Under the pieces are notes generated by a model that saw only the letters and a list, made by a program, of their open reading frames with translations, was not told where the DNA came from and did no database searches. Shown here piece by piece: positions 36,522 to 49,149 of a stretch of 64,000 nt of DNA. Each line of letters opens with the position of its first letter. Within the stretch, counting starts at the first letter, position 1. Location of the stretch: assembly GCA_964016885.1 (NCBI GenBank), contig OZ024740.1, positions 128,030,001-128,094,000 of the forward strand. Direction: 5' to 3'. This DNA is from Eledone cirrhosa (taxonomy: Eukaryota). Both the position numbers and the translations under genes were made by a program.

Positions 36522-39304
36522 CATAAGAAGCGGTTTCACGTGATTTGGAATCGAACAAAATGCTGAAAGAGTAAGCGGAATTGTAGAAATAGTAATGTAT
36601 CAAGGTAAATTTATATTCTAGAGTTCCAAAATTGCCACGCTGCGAGATAATGATGGAGACATATCTGCCTCTCATTGCATGGATCTCAAACAGCCTCTGA
36701 GAACCAAGTCTTTCTTGTGTTACTTAACTTCTAAGTCTGATGGAATTATTTCTTTTGACAGAGGAAGTTGTTGCCGTAAACCCACTGCTTAGGGTAGATG
36801 GGACTTGTTCATCTGGGAAGGCAGTTCATCTAAGGTAGTGCAATCTTCCGATTTTAAACTTTACTGTCAGAAACACAGAAGATGAAGAGACATCAAGTGT
36901 TTTGGCTGAGTAACCACCTTTGAGGTTCTAGTGTCCATACTATAACGTAGACACGTCATCGTGTCAAAAAGGTGACGTCATGGCTAGCTAGGCCACATAG
37001 ATTACAGTTAGAAGACCGCTTCATGGGTACTTGTAAACAACTTGAGAACACAATTGCGACTTCAAGAAATATACGATGTCAATGAACATGAATGTCAAAC
37101 ATTGAGAGACAATTCTAAGTGATCGTACTTAGTGAAGACAGGAATCAGACAGGGGTATAAAAAAACGAGAAAAGGTTCAGATCTATTGCTTTTGGAAAGC
37201 ATACACGTCGACGAAAGCAGCACCAGAACAGAAATAAGATGCGGTGTCATTAAATACCATACACGTATGGGCTTTCACTCCCAGAGCAGATGCAACTCTG
37301 TCAACATGAATATCCTAGGACAGTTCTACGGATGCCATAATAAACCATATACGAATAAAAAAGGTTTAACTTCAATGTCAAATTTGGGAGGAGTTTCCCT
37401 TTTATTTGTGACAGCTGGATAGTCTGTATAAAGACTACCTCGTTGTGCAGTGTTGCATTGCATCGTTGCGTAGAATGTACAGTTATTAGAGTGTTATGTA
37501 TAAGGGTGCATAGTCTCACCGTTCTGAGTTCAAATGTCGCCGGAGACAACTTTACCTTTCACCTGTTTGAGGCCAATAAAATAAGGTATCAGTATATGGC
37601 GTTGTATTGGGCGAATTGTTACAGTGTCAAACTTGTTACAGTTACAGATGCCTTACGGTATGTGCCTTTGTACCTTGCATTATGAGTGCGAATTCCGCTC
37701 TCCTGATTCAAATACTACAGATGATCAGGGTTAATAAACCGACGATAGGACCACAAATAATTATGGAAGCTGCAATTGGTGAAGGGGGATTTTGGCTGCC
37801 AGATACAACAGTCGATCGATGATGGTGATATAAATGTACAATGTATTATTTCATGCTCAACGTAATTTCGTAATTTCTAACTTCTACATTCTCTGTAAGT
37901 TTATGCTCATAAGTTTACAACTCATTTGTATTTCTATTATAAATGTTTCAAGTATTCCTTTCATTGAAGTTGAATATTTCCGCCACATTGGAACATCACT
38001 ACAAAGATGTTAATGTTCTAGTTAATGTTTTAGTCACACAACAAAGTCGAAAATGTTGCTTGTCTCGCTGCTAATTCAAATGTTGTCTATTGCTGCTGTT
38101 GATGCACTTGCCTATTTCTCGCAAAGTATCTATCAGTCGTCAAATTTTACAGCTTCTGCTATCATTTAAATAGTTCATATTTGTCTTGGAATATCTCCTA
38201 ACAGTCCTAGAATATATTTTCTTTAACGAGCGAAAGGTGGTCAAAAGCTGATAAAGAAAAAACTACAGAAATAGAAATTATCAAATTTTCCGTCTTTGTT
38301 TGTCTCTTTGATTTCTTCCTAGTTGTCTTATCTTTTAAGTACAAAAAGAAAAACAATCTTGTTTACACTTTTTTCCTTCTACGCTAAGCAAACAAACATG
38401 CGTTTCGCCAAATACCACTACAGAGTTGATAATATTAACAAAGAGTTATTATATTGGTTCAAGATTGGTTTAAAAAAGCCGAGTGCAGACAATTGAATCT
38501 GCACTTCAATATAGTATCCGTAATGGATTTTTTTCTTTTTCACTCTCGACATCAGAGAGATGAAAGACAATCGTGACACTGGTGGTACTTGAACTCAAAA
38601 TGTAAAACAACTTAAAGAAACATACTGAGCAGCAATTTAATCTGAGAGGCGAGCAGTTCTGCAATTTATCACGCTAATGGAGTTTCTTCACTTTTGTTTG
38701 TAAGAGTAAAAAAAAAAGTTAACAGTAAATAAAATTTAAACCACTATCATATCTTACCTCATGTGTGCATGTACGGCGTAGTATGATACTGTAACTCTTG
38801 ATAGAGTTGTATGGGCGTCGTAATGACATACGTCATTTCTTGGTCATTTTAAGCTTCGCGGAATCCATCCCGCTTCATGTCTGAACAGAGCAGATTTCTT
38901 CCAGAGAAAGATTGAGAGTGAGCGGGAGAAAGTGAGAAAGAGATATAGAGGAAAGTTCGAACCCAATACAGGATTGCTACGTTTTTACCGACCCCAAAAT
39001 GATGAAATACAAAATTGACCTCTACTAGATTTGAACACAGGAAGAGAGCTGGAAATGATACTGCAAAGTTAACCTCAAGAGGATTTAACTCACAACATAA
39101 AAGGGACGTAACACTATTTCACAAAACATACTTAGCGTTCTACCAATACTGCCAATCATATGTGCTTTGTAATATTTTTTTCTGATTTGGCAACAAGGCC
39201 AACAATTTTTGAGGAGAGGAAAGTCGATTAAATCGACCGTAATGCTTTATTGATGGTTTATTTTATCGACTGCTTCGGTACTGCCAATACATCGCGATTT
39301 CTAA

Positions 39305-39497
39305 TAATTGTTTCTACGTTAGGCACAAGGCCAGGAATTACCCAGTGCATTACTGGTTCTTTATTTTATCGACCCCGTAAGGATGAAAGGCAAAGTTAAC
39401 CTTGGCGGGATTTGAACACGGAATGACAAGGGCCGTAACTCTATACGTCAAAGCATGGCGTCCGACCCTCTACCAATACTGCCAATCCACCGCCCTT
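39305..39497 (-). mobile_element. Full-length tRNA-derived SINE (older diverged relatives near 37490-37640 and 39040-39270)
   Basis: A and B boxes and family body on the minus strand. Confidence 0.88.
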
Positions 39498-41689
39498 GTA
39501 ATAATAAAAAACGAAATGGAGAGATAATTTCAATACAATAAAATTTAATTTCAGAAAATAAATTGATATATCTAGACGCAAATCTCACCTTTTGTTAGCA
39601 GCCTAAAGTGAGATCTTCAGACATGTTTAGAACTTACTAAATATCAGATATGTTTAGAACTTACTAAATATCGACAGATAAGCATATTCAATTCCAACCA
39701 AGTATATAAATCTACAAGCGTTTTAGATACCGTTTCCAGCAGGTTGAGCGATGACATAGATCAAGGGCTGTCAAACGCGAGTTGCATATCTTCTCCCCCA
39801 ATTAGTATTGAATTCAATCTCTTCTATAAATCAAACACAATTTTTATGATTCTTTTTTCTGCTCTCTTTATGATTATTCATATTCATATTCATGTAAAAA
39901 TTGGTATTGACATTCTTTGAGGTCATACTCGCACTTAATAGATCTGGTGATGATGATTTCGACAGTCTTGTGAAATATGCCAGGAATTGTTTAAAATAAG
40001 CTCAAAACTCGTGGCTTAGAGTCTCCTCTGTTGCCTGGTGTTGATAATATTGTCATTATTATAGTTATTGTAGTCATCTTCAATATCATTATTTCCATCT
40101 ATGTCTTCATCAATAAAAAATAACATTAACGCTAAAATTATAACCAGTTGTATTACAATATTCAGAGTTATTCATCATCATTCAAATCCTTATCATCTAA
40201 AGACCAAATCAATATATATAGCTTGCCCAATTAAATAATCATCAATCATTACCAACAGTATAAATCTTAACATCCAGTGTCAACACTGCCATCAACAGGG
40301 TGTCTGTATTCTGCCTTTCCATCTGCTAGAAATAGCAGCCGTACTTATCTCAAATATAACCCGATCGCCTTTTGAAAAACTTTCATTGGAAAACATGCTG
40401 TCTGATATATAAAAGATGTGGTTTGGGTGCAATTCTGCACAGTTAAGGCTGAGCTGGAACTAAACATCTACTATTCCATCATTACAACGATCATAATGTT
40501 CTACACTTCCACTTATTTTATTATATATATATATTTTTTTTTTTGCTTTTGCTTTATTCTCCAACTCATCCATCTTCTTATCCGCCTGATTCACTTTCCC
40601 ACTTTCTTCGTTTCTTCGTTGTAGTCGTCGCCTCTGTCATTACAGTTTTTACTGCCTTACTTATCATTTGCACAGAATGTTTCTCGCATGCCATAAAGAG
40701 AAAGCTACGTTTCATCAAATTATCATAAAACACATAAACACATATATTTGCAACCACACACCATGTGAATGTTACATATTTCTTTGTTATAATAATGTTC
40801 TATGAGTTGAAGACACAATACCAAAAGAAATAAGTGCAGATGCTGGCATGAAATTCATCATGCGTGCACCTGTATGTGTATTCATACATACATATGTATA
40901 TGTGTGTGTGTGCACATATACATATATGTGTACATATGTGTGTGTATGCGCGCGTAATTTTATATTTTTTTAATTTCATAAATTTCATAAATTTTGTAAA
41001 AGGCAAATGGGGAACGTACAAAGGTATTTTAGAATTTTTTTGTATATTACCTGAAATCTTATGGTTTTCATACTATTAAATTATCAAATATATTTTGTTC
41101 ACAAAGAAATGCAAACAAAAATTTATAAAAATGTTGTTTGACGGTGAAATATGCATTGAAGTATACAGTGAAGATATTTGAGAGTATATTTTATTGTTTG
41201 TCTCTTTACACTTCCACAAATAAACACAAATTTTAAGTAGGCGTCTCATTGGGTGGTTGTGAGACTCAATAGGCGTAACTGAGTGGGGCAATTGAAAAGA
41301 AAGTGCCGGTGAGGTGGGAAAGAAACAAAGATACAAATTCATAATGGCTCCTGAATGTATTACCTCTAGTTATAGGTAAATGCTTGAATAAAATTAGAAA
41401 ATTTAAATCCAATTTTCATTTTTCATCAACTTTACAGTGGCGTGGAGACGTTGATGAAATATATTTTTTAAGGGACGATAATAGTCAGAAAACGTTTGGA
41501 AAATTCTGCTTTAAGTGAAACGCTGCGATGTCATGGAAGTAGTTACTTAAACTATTAGAAATAGAAAGCAATTAAAAGGCGGTTAAAAGAATGTGGCATT
41601 GTTAGGAAGGCTTTGAGTATGTCTTCTTTACTAGAAATGATCTGGGACTAAGCAACAACAACAGGGTATTTAAAGCTTGATTATGCGTT

Positions 41690-42640
41690 GCGATTTGTTT
41701 GATTTGAGCATGAAAATAATTTCTTCTCGTTACAACCCATCAACAGTTAAGGGAACGCTGGAAAATGTCTAACAGTATCCCTAGCTATGTACTACAGCTT
41801 AACGTTCAATTCCTGATAAGCATTCTGGTGAGAAACGTTTCTTTGAAGCTTTGCCGTCTATCTACAATCGAGCATATTTTCAACGACCATTCCACATATT
41901 ACAATGAAGCTCTTGCTCGCAGTGGATTTGTCGATAAGGTAGCTTATACAGAGTACGAGAATAGACCTAGGAAAAATAGATACCGACACATTACATATAA
42001 TAAGGAGGTAGCCACACCATTAGCTAAGATGTTTCTCTCCCTTATTATGAAGCATTTCCCCCCAGCACATAAATATAGTAACATTTTTAATAGATACCAT
42101 TAACATTTCTTAATCTACGACCTGGCACAGCTTCAAATTTAGCTAAATTACCTAGCAGTGGGAACACGTGCAACCCTGTAGCTAGTACTAACTGTAATTG
42201 TAGGAACGGGTTGACTGCCCCCTATCCGGGAAATTCCTCTCTAGTAACATTGTCTACAAATGTAAGGTTGAAACAACCACGTCCCGTAAGGCCTAGGGTT
42301 AACCGCCAATAGATTCAAGCAGCGTATTTACATGCATACCCATTCTTTTCTTAAACCTTTAATAAGGAATATGATATCACTTTCAGTTTATATCTGGAAT
42401 ATTAAAGACAACCACACCCAATATAAGGTACACTGGAAGATCCTAGCTAGGGCTACATCGTATAACGGAATTAAAAGACCATGTGACCTCTGCGCCGCTG
42501 AAGTCCTGGAAATACTCTACGCCAAGGACCACATCTTAAACAAAAAATCTGAGGCAATTTCGGCTTGTAAACATAAATTGCTCTAGGGTTCTTATATATT
42601 TGATATATATTCATCCTTATCGAGCCTCGTGAAATAAATA
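41690..42640 (+). mobile_element. Decayed Naiad-type PLE 3' half (RT thumb plus GIY-YIG)
   Basis: YNEALARSGF, FLSLIMKHFP..HKY..IFNR, NCNCR, NIVYKC, FKQR..H..SF and WKILARATSYN..CDLC..E..NKKSE..C.HK. Confidence 0.8.
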
Positions 42641-42693
42641 CGTTTGTTTATATTTTGTTATTGTGTATGCAAAAATATCTGTACACGAATATA

Positions 42694-42829
<136 letters not shown>

Positions 42830-43659
42830 AAAGAATAGAGGTGTAACACACAAGTTATTATATATTGGTAAACGGAATAGAAAATGCTGACGAATTGTTC
42901 ACAGTTGAAAAATAGTTTAATTAGGAATAAAAGAGTATTAGTAATTGTATGGGTTAGTATTCAGTTGTGGTTTTAAGTTTTTAAGTTTTTACCGGTTGCG
43001 CATTTCTAAATGCTTTTCAAAAATAATTTAGAGATAGAGTGTCCGTGTTGTTTGCTCTGATCTGATTAGTTTTGGGAATTCTACCTCTTTTTATGTTAAA
43101 AAAGTGGCTCCAGCGCTAGTTTGGTGTTGCAAAAATTCTTGTGGTCAGAACAATTTTGATTGGTCGGTAGAGGTCATGTGAATGTAAAAAATTGATTTTG
43201 CGCCAAGACTGTTTTTATGTTAAAAAAGTGGCTCCAGCGCTACTTGGTGTTTGCAAAAATTCTTGTGGTCAAAACAAATTTGATTGGTCGGTAGAGGTCA
43301 TGTGAATAAAAAATTGATTTTGCGCCAAGACTTAGAAATGACTCTTTCACAACAAATATGTGTGTGTGTGTGTGTGTGTGTGTAGTAGTAGTAAGGTGTT
43401 CGATGTTGTGATAATGGTTAGCAGTCAAATGGCTATTAAGATAAGTGTGTGTGTGTGTGTGTGTATGTATGTGTGTGTGTGTGTGTGTATAGCAGAGTAA
43501 TTCGTGGTAGCAGGGATGGTCAGTAGGAATGTGTCTGTAAGCAGTGGGGGGTATTTTAGAAGGTCAAAAGATATTTTTCAGCTTTGTCTTATACGGAGAA
43601 GTGTGTGTGTGTGTGTGTATAAGTCTCTTTGTATGTTAATGTACGCGTGTGTATGTGTG

Positions 43660-43721
<62 letters not shown>

Positions 43722-43891
43722 AATGTGTGTGTGTGTGTGTGTGTGGGTGGACCAGTATTTTTTTCCCCCTGGTAAAATGGTGTACATTATTCGATTTTTT
43801 CAGTAAAATCGGTTTTCTTAATAGAACATCAAAAATCTTAACAATAAAAGGTGTGAAATGATATTCACTATATATATATATATACATATAT

Positions 43892-43963
<72 letters not shown>

Positions 43964-44090
43964 CACACATATATTTTTTGTGTTGCACCATAGAGCATGT
44001 GTGTTTACGTATGTCATTGTGTTTATATGTGGGTAGAGATGTGTGCTGATGTAGGTATATATGTTGACGTGTGTATGTTGTGGGTTCGTC

Positions 44091-46406
44091 TTAGGGAGAA
44101 GTGTTTAGATGGGGTCCGTACTTGTTGATGAAGTAAGATTCCTCGCTGATGCGCTGGGTGTGGGTGGCATTATCTTTAAATTTGTAGAGGGGAAAGATTC
44201 TGAAGTTGGGATGATTTTGGGCGGCACAGGTATCAATGTGTTCACTCAGTGGTATTTTCCTGTATTCCCGTATTTTAATTTGGGATCTATGGACAGTCAT
44301 GCGTTGGCGGAGGCTGGTTTTGGTCTGGCCTATGTATTGTTCTCGACAACCTGAGCAAGTTAATACATATATTAGATTTTCCGATGCACATGTGAAATTG
44401 TGTTTTACTATAAAACGTTGTCCTTCTTTGAAATAAAATTCCGAATCCTCTATTAGATAGATGCAAATGCCACAGTTTTGTCTATCGCATTTTTTTACCC
44501 TGGGTTTCGTTGTTGTGGTTGGCAGTACTTTGGCATGTGTTAGGATGTTTTTCATTGACTTGGATTGTCTTTTTCTCTTTATGATATCGTGTGTTCGTAG
44601 GATTTGGTTCATTCTGTGGTCCCTTTTCAACACAGGGATGTTCTGGAGGATGGTGTCAAAGGCCTCATTGTTGAGGGGGTTGTGTGTGGAGATGTATGGA
44701 AGAGCTTTTAGTTTCGGTTGATTTACTTTAGGGTGTCTAAGGTCTTGGGTACTGAGTTTGAGGGCACGTTGGATTCCATTGACAATTAGTGATGCAGGGC
44801 AGTCCCTGCCTATGAGTGTGTCCTTTAGTTCTTGTAGCCGTAAGTAGCAGGTGTTTTTATTGGAGACTATAGTACAGATTCTCTTGGCTAAGTTGTAGGG
44901 AATATTCATTTTAACGTGTCTAGGGTGGCAAGAGTTGAAAGGGAGATATTGCTTGGAGTCTGTGGGCTTGTAGTATATGTCTGCTTCTATTTTTTTGTTA
45001 TGGATCTTAATGAGGATGTCGAGGAAGGGGAGTTGTTGATGGCTGTATTCCATCGTGAAGTTAATATTCGTGTTGAGCCCATTTATATGGGTGTGAAATT
45101 CTTTAAGTTTTTCGATGTTTTCGTGCCAAAGGATGAAGCAGTCATCTAGATATCGCTTCCAGTTCCTTTCAATGTGTAAGTGGAGGGTGTTTCCGAATTT
45201 GTTTAGGACTTTAGTGTAGAGAGTGATTTCCAGGTATCACATGACTAGGTTGGCATAAGTGGGGCTGTTTTCGTTCCCATAGCGGTCCCAGATTTTTGCC
45301 TCTAGGGTTTGTTATTGAAAACGAAGTAATTGTTCTCCAAGATAAATTTGAGTCCCTCTATCACGATTTTTTTTGATGCGTTGTGGGAGTTCATTGTGGA
45401 AATTATCCAGCCAGAATTGGATAGCTTCTATTCCTAGGTTGTGGGGGCTGTTGGAGTATAGGTTGACTACATCGAACGTCACTAGTAGGGTTTGTTCAGA
45501 AAGTGGCATATTAGGGAGGTGATTGAGCATATCTAGGTCGTCCCTTATATAGTTTTTGATGTGTTTGAGAAAGGGTTTGAGAAGGGTATCAATGAAGTTG
45601 CTAAGGAGGTGGGTTTCGCAAGCGGGTCCTGCTATTATAGGTGTTAATTTGAGATCATTGGGTGAGGGGACATTGATGACTATGTCTGTGGCTTCCTTGC
45701 ATGCCTTACTTATTGATTCGCTTTTATGTACTTTAGGGATACCGTAGAAAGGGCTGGATTTACTTGTGAAGTCTGTGATGAAGCTGAATTCCTTGTTAGT
45801 GAGTCCTTCTTTGCATTGGTTGATTAGAGTTTTTAGGTTTCTCATAATTTTCTGTTGATTGTAGTTTTCAGCCTTTTCGTAGTATGTTTCGTTTTCCAAA
45901 GTGGAGAGCGCTAAGTTGATATAGAATTCTGTCTCCATTAGGACTACTGTACTCCCTTTATCAGCCTCTTTAATTGTAATAGTTCTGTCGGTTTTTAATC
46001 TATTTAATTCTTCCCATTCTTTCTTGTTGAGGTTTGGCTTGTGTTTTTCTCTGTGCAAGTGTTGGTAAGGGAAGTTTGTGATGTGTTCACAGAATTCGTC
46101 CAGGATTTTATTTCTACCTTTTGAAGGGGTGTAATTGCTTCTATTTCTGGCTAATGATTCATCCTCACTGTATTGGTCTAATAGTTGTTCACTAAATCGT
46201 AACTTTCTACAGAAGTCTGTGATGTCTTCCTTCATTTCGTAGTAGTTAGGACGTAGTGGGGTCGGTGTGAATTTAAGACCTTTGGAGAGTAAGTTGATAA
46301 GGTTGGGTGTTGGTTCTGCACTAGTAAGATTGATAATTTTTATTACTATCGGTTTCTCCTCCCTGTCTTGTGTTATTTTCTTTGCCTGTATCTGTGTGCT
46401 ATGTCT
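44091..46406 (-). pseudogene. PLE-C ORF2 RT-GIY-YIG (disrupted)
   Basis: ORFs 45312-46235 and 44091-45053; the frame is open upstream to the slippery site at 46406-46412. Confidence 0.9.
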
Positions 46407-47682
46407 AAAAAATGGTTGGGGTAGATGGGTTGTCTGCTGATGTTAAGTGGTCTCCTGTGTTTGTTATATTCCTTGTTGTTGTAAAATGTGTTTCGGGTTG
46501 GTGGTTGTAGATTGAATGGGGTCTTCCTGTACTGCGAGTATGGGTGTGTGTTTCTATGTGCCATGTTGTATTGTGGTGTTATAAGTGGCCTTCGTTGTTG
46601 GTTGTATCGTGTGGTGTGGGTTTGTTGTGTATTGTGGAAGCGAGAGTTGAGAAAATGGTAAATACCTTGCTGTCCCCTTGAAGCGGGGAAGTTGTTACAT
46701 CTATCATGGTGGTGGTGTCTTTTCCCTATGTTTGACGATGAGGCATCTGCGTAGTAGTTGAGTGATTTGGTATGGTGTCTCCTTGAAGGGGGAAAGTTGT
46801 AAATGTCATTCTGGGGGAGATGATTTCTTGGATTTGTGTTCCTTCTTATGGTAGCGAGGTTGGGAAGTTCATCTTCGGTGTGGTGCTTCCTTCTTCGTTT
46901 GTTAGCGGCTTGGGGGTTTGAGAAGTTGTTGTGCGGTTCAGTTATGGGTTTTCCTATTTTTATTAACGGGTTATTGGAGGTGTAATCCGTTTGAAAAGTC
47001 GATTCATAGTGTAGGAACCAAGCGGCACTTTTTTCCCAGCGTTGAAGGGATTTCACTTCTTCTCTGTTGCAGTCCTCTTTCCATAATTTGGAGATCTTCT
47101 CTACTTTGGGGCCTTCAGTTTTGTTGTTGATTTCCAGGAGGATCTCTTCATCGATGGTTTTGATTTTTTCCTCATTTGCCTGGGCCCTCAGTTTAAGAAG
47201 TTCAATTTCTGTCTTCATTTTTTCCTATGCCATTCTTTCCCTAAGGTCTCTTTGAGGTTCGGGTTCATTTGGAATGGGCTTTATTTGTAGTTTACGTGGG
47301 AGAGTTAGAGGGGTTGAGTTAAGCCATTTTTCATATATCTCTGCTTTGTTGTGATTTTGTATCATCTTCCAGAATGAGAACTTTCTGTCTCTGTGGGATT
47401 TGTTCCATTTTGGAATTGTTCGAATTTTCATTTTGTATGAATCAATCTCACATGGTTCTCGTTGGTTTTTCCTGGGTTGGTAGTAGTGAACATAGTTTGG
47501 ATAGTATCGCAAAGGTTTTGGAGTTTGTCGCCGATTTCGGAGGGTTTGTATCCGGTGGCGGTTTCCTTATTTGTGGAGTCAAGTTTGTCGACCAGCAAAG
47601 ATAGGTTGGTGTTGATTTTCTTGAGTTCCTGTAGGATCTCTTCATTTGTGTTGATGAGTGTTGTATCCGTTTTTGTTGGCAT
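46373..47682 (-). pseudogene. PLE-C ORF1 (coiled-coil region plus N/H/R/Q-rich tail)
   Basis: Pieces 47428-47736, 47225-47512 and 46373-47218; the stop at 47225 is read through in copy 2. Confidence 0.7.
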
Positions 47683-48117
47683 TTTCTGTATCTCGTGTGA
47701 GGATATGATAGTTAAAAGAATAGAGGTGTAACACACAAGTTATTATATATTGGTAAACGGAATAGAAAATGCTGACAAATTGTTCACAGTTGAAAAATGG
47801 TTTAATTAGGAATAAAAGAGTATTAGTAATTGTATGGGTTAGTATTCAGTTGTGGTTTTAAGTTTGTAAGTTCTTTAGCCACTTTTTTAACATAAAAAGA
47901 GGTAGAATTCCCAAAACTAATCAGATCAGAGCAAACAACACGGACACTCTATCTCAAAATTATTTTTGAAAAGCATTTAGAAATGCGCAACCGGTAAAAA
48001 CTTAAAAACTTAAAACCACAACTGAATACTAACCCATACAATTACTAGTACTCTTTTATTCCTAATTAAACCATTTTTCAACTGTGAACAATTTGTCAGC
48101 ATTTTCTATTCCGTTTA

Positions 48118-48157
<40 letters not shown>

Positions 48158-48309
48158 TAACAGTTTAAGCGAAGAATCGTTGCTTTCACCCTTAACGTGA
48201 TCTTCTGAAACTAAAAAAATCAATCTGTGAACGCAGAAGTAAATATTTCGAAAAACGTTACACACTATATACATATACACACACATATATACATATACAT
48301 ATTTACACA

Positions 48310-48552
48310 CACACAGATAGTGTCATAATGTCGTAATGCAGACAGGCAGACATACAGACAGATATTATAAGGGCGCGACATCATAGCTATCTAATGCGGT
48401 CCCTAGGGCATTGAAACGTTAAAATATGTTTTGCTCAAAATACTCACACCACCATACGTATTGCATGTGTAAAGTTTGAAAAACATCGGTTGGGTGGTTG
48501 TCGAGTGTTAGGGAGTCAGACAGACAGATATTCTCTGTTTTAGATATATAGA
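48310..48552 (-). mobile_element. Helitron-like 5' end fragment
   Basis: Plus strand ends cagacagatattctctgttttagatatataga|t, resembling the 5' terminus of the Helitron at 28270. Confidence 0.45.
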
Positions 48553-48584
48553 TAAAATGTGGAAACTCTGCTTCGTAGAATCCA

Positions 48585-48679
48585 GACGTATCTGAGGACC
48601 TTGCGATTTCTGAGTTAGGTTAGATCATTACATTGATCGTGCCTCGACCTGGTCGCCCGAGAATCGATTGTAATATGTC
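48585..48679 (+). ncRNA. Degenerate hammerhead
   Basis: gacgtat-CTGAGGA-..-GAGAATCGATTG-TA-atatgtc with a 7-bp helix I; the GAAAC segment is damaged; outer stem cgtagaatc/gattctacg. Confidence 0.5.
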
Positions 48680-48881
48680 CAATAAATTGTATTCGCCGCA
48701 ACACTGATTCTACGTTTGGGTGATTTGTAGTTACCACATTTCCGGTTTGTATTTATTTTCTTGATTTTTTCTTAAATTGAGACAAGCAAACCCAATTGTC
48801 TATAGTTAGTATTCTATTCACCTTAGCGAATCTGATCCCTTACGATTTGAACTCATATATGTATATATCTGCGTTCGTTTT

Positions 48882-48952
<71 letters not shown>

Positions 48953-48957
<5 letters not shown>

Positions 48958-49039
48958 GAGCTTCTACAGGACTAGAACTGTTTCATTCGTGAGAAATCAT
49001 CACGAATGAAACAGTTCTAGTCCTGTAGAAGCTCTTCTA
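48953..49039. repeat. Perfect 40-bp-arm palindrome built from a hammerhead 3' half
   Basis: Arms 48953-48992 and 49000-49039 with a 7-nt spacer; minus strand reads TGATGA-tttctcacgaat-GAAAC-agttcta-GTC. Confidence 0.85.
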
Positions 49040-49149
49040 CATTAAAACTTTTATACTCTGCTATGTAATGAGTACCTTACTTACTGTGGTTACCTCCGAT
49101 GCATCCCGGAATAACTCATATAATATATATATATATATATATAGATTCG

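Noticed and set aside
36770-37300. Possible ancient RTE 5' UTR/endonuclease remnant
   Set aside because: Only a vague resemblance; no motif could be translated with confidence.
34600-41650. Host gene in the long repeat-poor interval
   Set aside because: No convincing ORF or recognisable exon; probably intronic or intergenic, although small exons cannot be excluded.
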